A stretch of DNA of 64,000 nt. Source: Lama guanicoe. Lineage: Eukaryota. Each line of letters opens with the position of its first letter. The first letter of the stretch is position 1. The stretch lies in assembly GCA_013239625.1 (NCBI GenBank), contig MU053504.1:560001-624000 (forward strand), given 5' to 3'. Positions 1 through 13,200 of the stretch are shown one piece after another. The notes under the pieces were generated by a model that saw only the letters and a list, made by a program, of their open reading frames with translations, had not been told where the DNA came from and made no database searches. Position numbers and translations under genes: made by a program.

Positions 1-675
1 GAGACCCTCCTGTGTCGGTGCCGCAGCACACATCGTTGCTTCCAACAACTTCGTGAAATCCTGCCGCCTTAGCAAGATCTGCGTTTGCACTGTGCAGTCG
101 ATTTGCACTATATCAGGGAGAGGCTGGCGGACAAGGACACTGGCAAGTGGCCCGCAGGGATGCTGGAGCTAACTGGGAGAGGGTTTGGGACTGCTCTTCT
201 AAGTGAATACATTCCCAAGAGTGAATATTTCTACATTATGATTTCTTTTGCTCCCCAAAGACATGGAGGGCAGCAATCAAGCATTACTATTTAATTTGGG
301 GACAGGAGCTGGGTGACAAGCTCCTCCCCCAAGGCCCAGCCCAGCAACGCAGCTTCTGTCAGGTCCCAGGCAGCCCTTCATTGCAAGCGCCCAGGCTCAG
401 ACCGGGTTCAATGCCCTCCCTTCTCATCGAAAAGGCCCAGGTCAGCAGGTCAGAGGTCAAAGGGCAGGCAGTAGCCCTCCAGCCCCAAGGCCCCTGGGGA
501 AAACCATGAAATCGCACAGCACTTTTAATGAAGGCTCAAGATGAAACGTGCCATCAAGGAACAGAGCCACAGGAATGCTGGGGAAAGAGGAGATTCCAGT
601 CTGTTTAAACAGCAAGACCAGGGAGGGGCAGTTGGGACATTCTGTGTTCACATTAGGCAAGAGACAAATACCTAC

Positions 676-776
676 ACTGGCACCTTCATGAATCTGAGGC
701 AGGTTCTGCTGGACTTCTTGGCTGGAGAGGGAAAGACCCATATAATTTTCCAGTTCAGCCAGGTTTGGGTACAGAA
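676..776 (-). CDS. SDCBP2: Syntenin-2, third coding exon (101 nt): (V)[33 protein letters not shown]; gene continues beyond the left edge of the window
   Basis: Translation matches the syntenin-2 N-terminal region ([22 protein letters not shown]). Acceptor ccttcccatcAG at 778-777, donor GTAGGT from 675. Phase 1 in, phase 0 out, consistent with the upstream exon. Confidence 0.95.
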
Positions 777-1384
777 CTGATGGGAAGGGAAGGAAAGAAG
801 AAGAAAGGTGTTACGCGGGGCATGAGCTTAGCCGTACCTACCTGGCTCCCACGTGGTCACTCATTTGTATTAAGAAACAGGGCCTGGGACTGTGGTTTAC
901 TCCCAAGAATACAGTATCTCCCCGAGAGCCCGCTGCATCCCCAGGAACGCTCGCTGGTGATGGGGGTCATCCCCTCTGATGGTCAGTTTTCTCCAGGAGC
1001 AGCCAGAACACCAAGTACCTCGTGAACACGTTGGTGTTCAACTCAACTGACTTCACCTGGCCCCGGCCGGACCTCAGGGCACCTCTGGGGAGACTGCACG
1101 GTGAGGAGGAGGAGAGTTGATCCTGAGTTCAAGTTTGCTACCACAGGACCTGAATCAAGCCGGCCACGAGCAATTCCAGGGCCACCACACATCTGGCCTT
1201 CCCTGGTGGCCCTAAGTCAGCGCAGTTGGTGCCCTCACAAAGCCTTAGCTTTCTCAGTGTCCCCCCTCAGACGGTTCTAGTGAGGGTCCACCGTGCCCAC
1301 AGCTCAGTGGCTGGCAAGAGGCAGACACTCGGAAATAGCCAGGAGAGGTCACTCTCAGGCAGGATCACCCAGCCACTCCCTTAC

Positions 1385-1454
1385 CTGGAGGCTGGGAGTC
1401 ATTGGTCCCCTGCACTGGCAGGGCGGGCATCCTGGCTGCAGCTCTGGCCTGGGC
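1385..1454 (-). CDS. SDCBP2: Syntenin-2, second coding exon (70 nt): AQARAAARMPALPVQGTNDSQPP
   Basis: Acceptor ccctccccAG and donor CAG|GTAAGG. Peptide resembles human [23 protein letters not shown]. Keeps frame between the flanking exons. Confidence 0.93.
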
Positions 1455-2120
1455 CTGGGGAGGGAGAGGGAGTCCTGATCAGCTGTGAAGGGGCCCCCTG
1501 AGCTCTCGGAGCCTGGGGCTCCCTGAGACTGGGGGTCAGGGCATTAGGTATGCCAGCGGGCCTGAGGGGGGTGTCTGTGAACCTTCGAGGTCACATGTAA
1601 ATGTGGTCCCTACAGATGTCCACGCTTCTGGGGTTTTCCCAGGGGCCCCCACCCACCAAATGTCACGACTCAATCACTACCTGAGGCAGCTGGAACATTG
1701 AGGCCCACTTCCCAACCAAATTCTCAGTCAAAAAGTCCCCAGTTCTCAAAACCCACTGGAACCACATGTGGGATGGAAGGAGGAAAGGGCTTCTGGGGGC
1801 TGAGCAGGCCACACGCCATGGCCACAGGGTTTACTCGGGAAACTCGCCCTAGAGCGTGGGGTCTACTGAGCCCGGATGGAGGAAGCGCTGGGACAGAGCC
1901 AGCCGGAGACGGGCCTGTTCGCAGCTGCTCGTTCTCCATTCCTGCTGAAACTCCACTGCCCTGGCCTCCGGACACCTGCTCTGCCCAGCCGGCCCTGCAG
2001 TGGGCAGGCCTATCGGGAACTCCCAGGGGCCTCCGACACTTGATCCAAGACAAGCTCATCCTGGGGTAATCCCGAACGCCCCCTCAGGGGACCCAGGCTA
2101 ACACAGGCCTGGCAGGTTAC

Positions 2121-2174
2121 CTGCATGGCTTGGTCTACCTTCAGGTCTTCCAGAGATGGGTACAGGGTGGACAT
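2121..2174 (-). CDS. SDCBP2: Syntenin-2, first coding segment MSTLYPSLEDLKVDQAMQ (exon spans 2121-2192 including 18 nt of 5'UTR)
   Basis: ATG at 2174-2172 in AAC ATG context; syntenin N-terminal LYPSLEDLKVD motif; acceptor ctctgcAG at 2194-2193; donor CAG|GTAAC. Confidence 0.96.
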
Positions 2175-5100
2175 GTTTGCCCCTTGGAACACCTGCAGAG
2201 CACAGGGGATGAGGAGGGTGAGGGGTGAGAGGAGGCACGAACCCGTGCCCCTCAGCACTCTCAGGATGAGAAGGACATCAGGAAGGTACTATTATCCCCA
2301 TTTTAGAGACTGGGATTTAAACCAGTCTGCTTGGTTCCCATCCCACCATGTTCCTTAGACTCTAGGCTTTAGAACCTGGGCCCCAGGATCACCCGAGACA
2401 TGCTGACCAGGAAGAGCACGACCAAGGGTCACATCCTTCCCTGCCAGGTTTCGAAGGTCAGACAGGTTTACGAGGTCTGATGTCTGAAGACCTAAATTCA
2501 GTCCAGCAGGTGAATAGTTCAACTGCATAGAGTTCAACCCGGTATCAAGTGAGTGAGGACTTAATATCACAACAGAATGGTGGCAGGCACTTTAGAAGTC
2601 CTCGCCTGACCTGATACCCCTCACCTCTAGGCATTTGAGCTCCTACTGTTTACCACTCATTTCCAGCCTCACTAGTGACCCTTGATCTTGATCACAATAA
2701 AGACCGATGGAAATTCTTAAAAAAAAAAAACAGGCACATTGCAGCATAATTTATACTCAACAGAGCATTGCTCTAAAGAGAGGAGGGCATGGGGCTTTGG
2801 GGGAGCACCAGAAACATTTACTAAATGCCTTCTAATTATCCCAGAGGAGAACTAGTAGGACCTCAGAGCAAGGGATCCCAAGAAATTCAAAGGAATTATC
2901 TGGCAGAAATGCTTTATTTCCTTCCTAGCTGAAATGGGAGGAAGGAGCAGTTTGTCTTTCTGGATTTGTTTCTGTTTATCCACTAACACATTGGCTCTCA
3001 CCTCTCCAGGCCTTTGCTGGGCCATTTCGCTCCAGCTGGACACCCCTGCGCCACCCTCCTTGGCGTCAAAGGGTGTTCTATTCACCAGTGAGCCCATATT
3101 CCCTGGGCTAGGTCCAGATCCTCTGGGCATCTCCCCTGAGTGACCCACACGGGCTGAGGTCATCCCCACCCATCACTGCTCTTTGTCCTTCCTTGGCACC
3201 TGCTGTCTTGACCCTTGTGTCAAACTTAACCCTCCCCAGTGCTCCCCCCACCACTCCCCCTTCTAATCTTCCATCAAATCCCTTCTCTCCCATATCCCAT
3301 TCCTAATCCCCACATTGTTGTACGGAACTCCACCACGCCCCCTGCCCCTCCATAGATGCCACAATATCCTCCAACCGGTCCTAGCTCCTCTAATGCTGTC
3401 CTCAGGCAACAGACCTTTTCTGCACCAGCCTGGGATGTCCTGCCGCTGCTTAAAGCCCCTCAGTGGCTCCCCACTCTCCGAATCCAGCCCACATCCCCTG
3501 AAGTGGCCAACAAGGCTTTTAACGATTCCCCCAGAGATGGCAACCGGTGGCTCACAGGCCAGAGGCAAACAGATTTTATTTGACCTGTATTTGACCTGTG
3601 CTGAGTACTTCATACATGCAAATTAGCAGCCTAAACACAGAACTCAGGACACTGCGTTTAATATTCTAACTTCGCACTGCTCCTGAAAAACAGGACACTC
3701 TAGCAACCCTGGACTGCAGCTGAGTCCACAGCCGAGCAGGGCGCCCCAGGCCTCCCACCCTCTATCGTCTCTCACATCGAGGCTGCTTTACTCACAGGAG
3801 CCGAGTTCCAGTAGACGTTTGCTTGTAACCCCTGAGGAAGGCTCCTGCTTCATTTCTTGCCACAGGTGTTTCTCCCAACCTCCACCCTCAGCTCCAGCCA
3901 CAATGAGCTACTTTCAGATCCTCCAGTTCATCGCATTGTCTCATGTCCCCAGGTCTTTGCATGCGTTTCTGTCTATCTGGAGCACCCCTCCACTCCTCCC
4001 ACTCCCCACCTGGCTAACTCTCAATGATTTTCAAGTCCCAGACCAGAGGGCTCTTTTTCTGAGAAGCCTGCCTTGATCTGTGCTCCGTCTCCTGCCCTCC
4101 AGTCTCACCCACCCCTTATCCTTACTCTTTGATCATTCACTGCTCCTGTAGTTGACTCTACTTATCTGTCTACCCAGATTGGGAGTTCCAAAAGGGCAGG
4201 AACTGGGCCTGCTAATTTGCTGTGGAACACCTAGCCTGGAGCAGGGACACAAATTCAATAATATTTCCGGAAGCGATGCATCCTGCCTGAGCTTCCACTT
4301 TTCTCCTTGTAAAGTAAAGCTGTGATGTCCTAAGGACATCCACCATCCCAGGATGGAAACAAAGACAAGAGGTCCCAAACAGGTTTCATTCTCCTCTCAC
4401 ACATTGTTTTGTTTTTTTTTTTAATTTGAATTAGTGCCAATATTTTACAATCTGTAAATAGAAAACTCTTCACTTCTAACTTGCGTTGGGAAAAAAACTG
4501 AAATATTCGGCAATGCAAGAGCAGCAATCGTGCAGGGCAACACTCAGCCAGGTCTCCCTCTTACATGGGGTTGCACGCAACTTCTTGTTTCCCAAAGTAT
4601 CATCCAGCCGGTGTGCTACTTGGCTCCTGGAAGCAGGCAGCTCCAGATCTTTGCCCTAGCCTCACCTTTGGGGCAGAAATAGTCATCTCAAGAGGTCAGG
4701 GATTGTCCTGGGGGAGAGGGGGACTGGCTCTCATCTCCTTTAGACAAGCGGGGGGAAGAGACTCCTCTGCCTGTGGTCTTCCTCACTCTGCACACACTCT
4801 GGGAGATTTGCATCTTGGGACAGTCCTGAGGAGGTACCATCTGCCCAAAACATGCTCTGCCACCAGGATCATGACGTGAAAATAAAAGGCCACCCCTGCC
4901 CTGCTTTTTCAAACACTGAAGCAGCAGAGCAGTCATATTTTTAGCAGCTGCCCTCTGGGAGAGCAGAATCAGAGACTGACTTCCTGGGAACCACTCCCAG
5001 GCTAGGACCACGCAGCCCTTCCTCTGTGTCTGGGACCCCTTCACCACTGCCACTTGCTCTGGTCGCAACTAAGGTTTGGGCTCTGAGTGGAATCATGAAG

Positions 5101-6049
5101 CAGGTATTCCCCTTTCAGCAGTTCATGATACAGTGGGGAATGGCTCTGTGCCAGCAAATACGCTGTGTCTCATTCAATCATCCATCTATTCATGTACAAC
5201 ATCTGAAGGTTCACTGTGTGCCAATGAAAGTTATTTATATTATATGATTACTATCTGGGTATTTTCTCAAAGTGGACCCCATCTCAGAAGGGCAGCGACT
5301 GTCCAGCTCACCACCCTATGCTTCCCCACCAAAACAGCACCCCGCACCTGTATGCTGGCAAAAACTGTTATCTGACTGAATAAATCTGTAGTTCTCCAAG
5401 GAATAGATTGGAAATTTTTGTGGGCATTTTGGGGTGTCACAAGACTAAAGAGACTGAGCATTTAGGAAGCACGGAGCAGAGACCTGGATCTCCTGTAATG
5501 CATAGAACAGAACAAACTGTCCTTTGTCCTGTAGGACTTGCCAGTATCCTGCCAAACTTTCATGTAGGCAAAAAATATGTTTACAACCTGTTTTATATAC
5601 AAATACAGTGAGATTTTCCCTAGTTTTAATATACATCATCCAGAAATGTATATAACAAGTTCACCGAGGGAAGTTACACTTTGTTTTGTTCCCGGTTTGG
5701 AAAATCACTGTTGATCCTTCTCCCCCAGGTGAGTCACCAGAACACGCCCATGTGCGTCTGCATTTGTAGCCGTCACAGTGACTCCACCCCTGTATACAAT
5801 ACATTTAGCCTTGGATTCAAGATGCCAAATGTAAGGTGTGGCAAAATTCAGTTGAATACCGTCAATCCAAACTCACTCATTTTAAGTTAGAATACAAGCA
5901 TGATCAGGAACAATCCAGTCGGAGTTTTTACATAGTGAAGGGCATATTCTTTTATATTTTATACTTTCGTTGCCCTCATTTCTTATAGCACAGACAGGGC
6001 ATCACGTTGCCTTCCCCTGGGCAGGAAGGGCTCCATCACTAAGTTACTC

Positions 6050-7090
6050 TTGTCGGGAAACTGCGTGGAGTCGGGCGAGGCACTTGCAGCTCAGCACCGG
6101 ATCAGGAGTCGGGGCCCGGCAAGAAACCCGTGAAAGAATGGGAGGGACGATGAGGTCACAGCGGGTAAGAAATACCCCAGGACCGAAGGCGCTTCCGAAA
6201 TCGGGGGGAGCGAGGGGGTTTCCTTTTCGGCACGAGCAACGCGCAGCGGGAAGCGCAGATGTGTCGCCTCTGCCCTCCTCCCCTCCCACGGCTGCCTTAG
6301 AACGGAATCTCGTCAGTCAGCAAAGGGCGGCTCGACCGCACCCTCGCGCCTTCGGGCGGCCGTACAGGGTCCAGGGGTCCGGAGTGTGGGGAAGCGAAGG
6401 GACATTCGCCCATTTAAAGCTCGATCTGACCGCGCATCCTCCAGTCCGGTAAAGAGGGGACACAGAGCCCGGCCAAGCCTTCCCATATCTTACTCTGCTG
6501 CTTTACCTGTTTTTTTGTGGATGCAGGCGCCAGCCATGAGCGCCTTGAGAAAGCAAGAGGCTGGGTGGATTCTAGGAACCCACCGGGAAAGGAACCCACC
6601 GGGAAAGCAACCCGGGCGTAAGGACACTCCTATTTCCGCCTCTTATTCTCGGGGCCCCGGGAGCCTCATGTCACGGCGCGCAAGCCTGAGTGGGTGAGAC
6701 GCGTGCGCACCAGCTGCCGCAGCGCGCCCTAGCGGCCTGGCGGAGCCTCTGCCCCTGCGCCGCAATCCGTAGCAACCAGGGGAGGTCGCCTCCCTCCCGG
6801 TTACCAGCAACAGGCGGATCAGAGTGGGAGTCGTCTGGAGATCATTGATCGGAGATCGTCGGACAGACTGGGAACCTGAGGCTTGGAGTGAAAAACGGGC
6901 CCTAGGGACAGTTGGGACTTTCCCCGGTGCCACAGTGCGTGCACTTTGTGCCTGGCTGTATTCACAAAGCGGGAAATCAAGGCTGAGGGAGAGGGCGGGT
7001 TCATCCTGAGCGGTGGTTAACCCCACTAGGTAAAAAAAATCAAGACTCTGGTCTTGTGCTTCGCCGGGCAGATCACTTCCCACAGCGAAA
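6050..7090. promoter_or_regulatory. Intronic CpG island inside SDCBP2 intron 1; probable promoter of an antisense lncRNA (position comparable to human SDCBP2-AS1)
   Basis: Dense CpG in an otherwise CpG-poor intron; NRF1-like GCGTGCGCA near 6700; RFX X-box GTTACCAGCAAC at 6800-6811; plus-strand donor TAG|GTAAAA at 7029/7030. The lncRNA identity is inferred from synteny only. Confidence 0.65.
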
Positions 7091-8879
7091 TCGGACCCAC
7101 AGCCTGTTAGAGATTCAGGCAGTTGGGTTTATGGGGTGCAGGACAAAAGGCTAGGGTAGCCAGGAAGGTCTGGAGGACGGAAGGGAGCGCTGACTGGATC
7201 CTGAAGGATAGAGAGTTCAGGAGGGTGAGAGTGGAGTATGTTACTACACGGATAGGGAGGCCCAGACTAACAGTCCAGCTGCCTTCCAGTTCTTTTACCA
7301 CCTCCTGCAGGTTATTCAAACAACTCATTTCCCCCCAGCTTTGCTGCCCCTGTACAGTGACCGCACCAAATCCACCCCGTGGTCTGAGCCAGAAATCTGG
7401 GAGCTATCCTCAGCTCCTGCTTGAAGCCATACCCAGCTGCTGCCCTCAGGATAAAATCTCGAACTTCAACCTGACATTGGAATCTCCATGACCTGACTCC
7501 TAGTACCCTCTCCACGGACTCCCGGTACCCTCCTCACTCTTCCACACTCACGCTGCATTTCATTTATTCCAGACTGCTTGCTTATCCTAAAATTCACCCT
7601 GCTAGTTGATGCCTCTGTGATTTCGCAGGTGCTGTTCCCTCTGTCTCAAATGCCATGCCCACCTTCTCCCGCCCCCTTCTTCACCTGCTGAACTCCTCTT
7701 CTTTCTCCCAAATCCTCAAAACCAAACAGGGTTAGGCAGCCTTCCATCTCTAAACCATGGAACCTCATATTCCCTTATCATTCATTCCTCTACTGTTTAA
7801 TAAGCATCTGCTCTGAGCCTGGCCTTCTGCATTTCCTGGATTTCCGCTGTGCTGTATTTGTTTGCCTGTCTCCCTCTCTGGTCAGAAATGTCACTCATTT
7901 CTGAAGCCCCAGTGTTGTGCACAGTGCCTGGCACACAGCAGTCATCCAGTTACTATTTCTGCAAGAAATGGAAAAGCAGACACAGAGGGAAGAGAAAGCC
8001 CCTCAAAAAAAGTCCTTTGAAGGAAAACCCTGGGCCTGGAAAGGGAGACGAAACACTGCCCTGATGAGGTAGACTGAAAGGCTGGCTCCTGCAATCTGAC
8101 AGTGGAAGAGTTTGCTCAGTTCGGTGCTGATGGCTTCCTGCAGTTAATGGGCTCCTCTGAAAGGAAAAGAACCAACCTCACCCATCTCACCCAGAGAAAT
8201 TTTCCTCTCCACTGCACTTTCCAGAATTTCCATCCCTGACTTTCTATACTTTTTGACATTCTGAGCAATAACAGCCCCCACAACAAAGCAGCCATCAGGT
8301 CTTCAGAGACCAGCACGGCTGAAAAGAGGTCGTCAGCCCCATCTTTGGACTTTGGATTGAGAGCGCGCCTTTGGAACACTTTGTTCCAAAGAGCTGAAAC
8401 TACAGGACACCCACTCGTTCCTGTGGACAGCTCATCCATCCTTCAGAAGACAGTGTGCGGGAGGGAAGCGTGGGTTAGCATGTCAGAGGAATAGCTCCTG
8501 GAAGGCCAAATTAGCCCAGGGATATGGTGAGTCGGAAAGGAAGAGGCTGTTGCTAGGCCACCAGCATATACTCCCCTCCTTCTCTCAGGCTGTACTGCCT
8601 ACTGGAGAAACCCTGGACTTCTTCAAGGAATGCAGACACTCCAGAATCCAGGCCCAGGCGAGGCAGAGCAAGAGCAAGGACCTTGGAGGCAGGCAGGATG
8701 GGTTCAGACTGCTGCCCCTGATGTGGGAGAGCGAGCATGGACAAGTCCCTTTTGCATGTCATTTATTCCTTTATAATATGGGTAATGATACTGGCATCAG
8801 AGAGTTATGGAGATGAAAAGATTCTTAGATAAGATGTGTATGGAAAGGACTAGCACATAAAGGGCATGCAGTAATCATT

Positions 8880-9480
8880 AGCGATTGTTCATTTAGCCAG
8901 TATATGTACTGAATGTCTCTCCCAGGACTGTTTTAGGTACCAGTAATAAGGCAAGAAACAAAAGAAAAATCTGTCCTTGAGTGTTACTTCCTGGCTCAAT
9001 AAATAAGTGTGATGCTGTGTTAGATGGTAGGAAGTGATGGGGAGAAAGATAAAGCAGGGTGGTGGGACAGACAGCCCGCCTGGAGGTCCAGGAGAGCCTC
9101 ATTGCCGGGGGTGGAGGGTGACAGGTGACTTGAGTAAAAGCCTAAGTGGGTAGGGAAAAGCATTGAGGCTGAGGGCACAGCCACTGCAGCTCCTGGAGGT
9201 GGGGGTGCCTGCTGCATTCAGGGAACATCTGACCGGTGAGACTGAAGTCAGCTCTTCAGAGCGGGGGTTAGTAGGAGAGGAGACTGGAGAAGTAGTGAGA
9301 GGGACCAGATCCCATGGGGGTGGTGGGTCATGTTGGGGACTGGCGTTTACCACTGGAGAATTCTGAGCAGCAGAGTAACATGATCTAACTTTTCATTCGA
9401 AAAGGCCCCCTCTGGCTGGTGTTTGGAAGATCGATTAGAGGGACAGGGAGCCCGGGTGAGAAGTGATGGTGGTGGAGTTA
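8880..9480. mobile_element. Degraded L2 LINE 3' fragment
   Basis: L2-like motifs recalled from consensus (cattta...gtactgaatgtct...ccaggactgttttaggt; gagtaacatgatctaactt...ctctggctg). Boundaries approximate. Confidence 0.55.
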
Positions 9481-10080
9481 TCAGTATCTGGGCCACTGTA
9501 GGTAAAGCAGCCAGTGCAGAGCCTGCCAGTGCCTAGCAACCCCATTCAAAGCTCCATTCTCTGGGGCTTGCTGTGTGGAGGGCAGGTCCTGGCCCCTTAC
9601 ATCCATTACCTCATCAGTTCTCCTGACTGCGTGGGAGTCTCCCAGTGAGGACGCCAGTCCTCAGGTCAGGCCACCAGCCCGGTTCCCCAGCACACTCTCC
9701 TTGCCGTGGCAGGGAGGTTGTTGATGGGAACAGCTTCAGCCGGAGAAGTAACAGAAACTGAAGCTGGTACCCTCAGCTCCTGGTGGAAATTGCTCTTTGG
9801 CCTTCCAAGGGCCCTCTTCAAGGAGCAAAGTGAGGGTCCCACCTCCAAAAGCACTGCCCGGGCAGTCAGAAGGAGCCTGGGGCCCTAGTGATGTCTGGAT
9901 AAACACCACCCAGCCCTCAAACCTGGCGCAGAGCTGGGGCCAGAAGAGGAAACCTCAGAGAGAAGCACCTTGAGAGGAAAAGGCCTGTTGGTCCCAGAAG
10001 GGCCAGGACAGGGAGGGAAGAAGACGGATGAGAGCAGGTCTCGCTTATCCCAGTCCCAGCCTCTGGGGCCCCGCTCTTAC

Positions 10081-10200
10081 CTGCAGACCAGGTGCTGCTG
10101 CGTGCCTTCCTCCAGGCACTGCTGACGGAGTCTGCTCCTCTCCCTGGAAGGCGGTGGCCCTTGTACCAGCTGGGTTCCTGCTCCCCGGTCAGCTGACTCA
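10081..10200 (-). promoter_or_regulatory. SDCBP2: Probable SDCBP2 non-coding exon 1 (3' end at 10081) and proximal promoter
   Basis: Strong donor CAG|GTAAGA at 10081/10080, about 7.9 kb upstream of the first coding exon; AP-1 site TGACTCA at 10194-10200 just upstream. The TSS cannot be fixed from sequence alone. Confidence 0.6.
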
Positions 10201-13200
10201 CCCGGACTGGGATGGGCCCAAGTCAACAAGGCAGGTCACCAGGCCCCGAGGAAGACTTTGGCCTTAGTCTGGATGTAGAATTAGGGTTAGGGGCTCACAC
10301 AACTGCGGTTGAAAGAGGTATAAACCAAGCATCAGATCTGGACTGAACACCAAGTCCTACTGAACATGAGGGCAGTTTGACGGGTCTTACAAAATGGCCA
10401 TAACCTTGTGACTCAGTATTTCCTCTTCTGGGAATTTGTTACAAGAAAATAAAGTAGGCAGTGAGGTCTCCAGGCCCAACACCATGTTTCTTGTAATAGG
10501 GACATCTAGACATCCCAAAACGCCCATCACTAGAGCTGCATTATTAAGGCAGTGTCTGTAGAAGATTATAAATCTGTCAAAGCCATTTAAGGAAGAAGCC
10601 ATGAGGAGATGTTCTGGCAACATACTGAAAAATCAATACTGTGATAATCATCTTGTGTTTTGTTTTTGTTTTTTCAAAAGTGAATAGGCACTGGAACAGT
10701 CTGCAAGGACAGACCCTAAAATGCTAGAACTCTGGATGGTGGGGCTGTGGGCGGGGTTTTTGGTTTGTACTTTTGTGTGAGTTTCAAGGTGGTGGGGTTT
10801 GGTTTTGTTTTCTTTCGAAGTTAGTTTTTGCTTCCAATGTTTATGATTTTTGTAAGGGGGGATCAAATTAAGACCAATTGCTTTAAAAAGGAAGTTAGGT
10901 GGGTTGTCTCCCGGAAGGAAAACTGAGGGACTGTGTGCTGAGGAGGGAGGGGATTTTTTAATAGCGCACTTTTTGATGCCTTTTAAATTTTGAAAAAATT
11001 GATTGTATTCGACTCTCTCTCCTAATAATTGTATAAAATGAAACAGAAAAGGGGGAGGAATTTAGCTGAGGTCCCAGTGGGTTTGGTTGTTCAGAGGTGC
11101 GTGTCACACTCGGTGTCTGGGGAGGGCCTGGCACCCACGTGCTGGGCTGTCCCAGGAGGAGTGACGCAGGGCAGCCGCCCAGGGCGGGCTAGTGTTTCAG
11201 AAAGGCAGCTGCCAATCATCGAGCGCTCAGTGCATGGAGAGCCCGCCCCACGGGCTTTACAGTCCTTATGTCAGTGGCTTCTGCCATCCCTGCGCAATAG
11301 GGCAAAGGCAAAGTCCCTCTTGCAAGCTACACAGCTGCACAGTGGCTCCAAGGTCCTGGTTTCTCCTCTGTGAGACAAATGCCCTTGAAGCTGAGGCGTG
11401 GACACACCCCAGGGCTGAGCCATGTGGGCCTGAAGCATGTGATAAACCCTGGCTGATGACCGAACAAAAGTAGAAAATAGAGACCCCCAACTGAACCAAA
11501 TGACACCCTCCCCTCCCCCCGACACACACACAGCTCACTTCACTCAGTCCAGGTCTGAAAGGGCCTTTTCAAGAAGATGGAGGAGGAAACCAGACCAGAA
11601 GGGTGAGGAATTCGCCTCGAGTCACACAGCAAGTCACACAGATCTGGGACTAGAACTCCTGTCCCCTGACTCCTACCCACATGCAGGGGCTTTCATTCCG
11701 CTCCACGCTGTTACAGCGGCCTCCCATCTCTGGCTCTCCCCTATTCCAGCCAATAAGAAGTTCTTTCCATTGGCATGTCCTTGCTCAGTCTTCAGTGGCT
11801 CCCTCTGAAGGGTGAGGGAGGGAGGGTCAGGGTCAGGGTCAGGACTAAACTCCAGACCTGACACTGAGGCCTCCTGGTCCACCCCCTTATTACCATTTCA
11901 ATCTTGTTCCCTGAACGCCTCTACCCAGCCAAGCCACAGTCCTCTCCCCTTCATTTGCCTGGGCTGCTGCTTCTCCTGGAATGCCTCCCCCCACCCCACT
12001 GCACCTCTCCAGATGCACTGAGCTTCTCCTCCAGGAAGCCCCCCAGTCATCCCCATCCATGTGGCCTGTCCCACTTCTGAGCTCTGGATCAGAGTGTCCC
12101 GTTCCACTCTTTGATAGTAATCATCCTTTATTCCTGTGTACCTTAGGCTGTCAATTAGACCTGAAGTTCCATGAGGGTCAGGACTTATTATTAGATCTCT
12201 AGGGGCTATTTTCAAAATAAAAAGTAGCACCTTGGCTCTGACCAGGATATATTTCTGCTTTGTTATACATTTGTGTGAACAATCTTCAAAAGTCTAAAAC
12301 AAGGTGATCCAATATGCGGCAGACACTCAGAAACTCCTGAACAGCCCCCCAGCAGACCTGAGTCATCAGCCACTATTCCCCTTCCTGCTGAGCCCAGAGG
12401 CGGCTCAGAATTCTCTCACAATAGTGCTGCTGGCAGCCAGTGCCACCGGCTTTGGCCTGTGAGATGAAAACTCTGTGCCATATGGGGCGGGCGCTCCATG
12501 AGGGCAGGGCTTGTCTGTGGGGTCCCTATCCGTCGGGTATAGCACCAAGCCTGGTACACAGTAGGCTCTCAGTAAGTATTAATTGAATAAATGAATGCCC
12601 CTCCTAGGAAGGTCAATCAAAGTCATAAGCTCAATGACTAACTCTTATTTAAAACATAGGCGGGGCTGGGGCATCAGATCTTAAGTCCCAGATCTGTGAC
12701 TTTGCAACACGTTCCCAAACCTCTCTGAGCTTCAGTTTCTACATCTTCAAATGGAGCACTGCTACCTGCTCTACAGGCTTGTCCTAAGGATTAAATGAGT
12801 CACAGGCAGTGCCTGGGACATAGCTGGCACTCAATAAATGTCAGTTTCCAACTTCCTCTTGGAATGAGTCCAGCTCCAAGTTACAGAAACAAAAGTATTC
12901 TGGTCCAACTGAAAATGGAGGTGCTCTTCCCAGAAGAGCAGGGATGGCTGCTGGGCAGAGAGAAGCACCAGCCGCACATTCTACCCTTGGCACGGAATCG
13001 GACAGTGTAGAGAACCCAGGCTACGTCACCACAGCTGCGTGGGCAGCCCTGAATGGTAACAGACCTGAATGGTAAGAGAGAGAGCTCCCTTTGCCTGCTG
13101 GGCACTCTGCTGGGCACTGGCTATAACCCAGTTTCATATTTTTCCCAGAAGCCCCTCAATTCAGAGAATGAAGCACCTCGCCCAAGGCCACACAGCCCTG

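Noticed and set aside
10281..10292. TTAGGGTTAGGG telomeric repeat
   Set aside because: Only two units; expected by chance.
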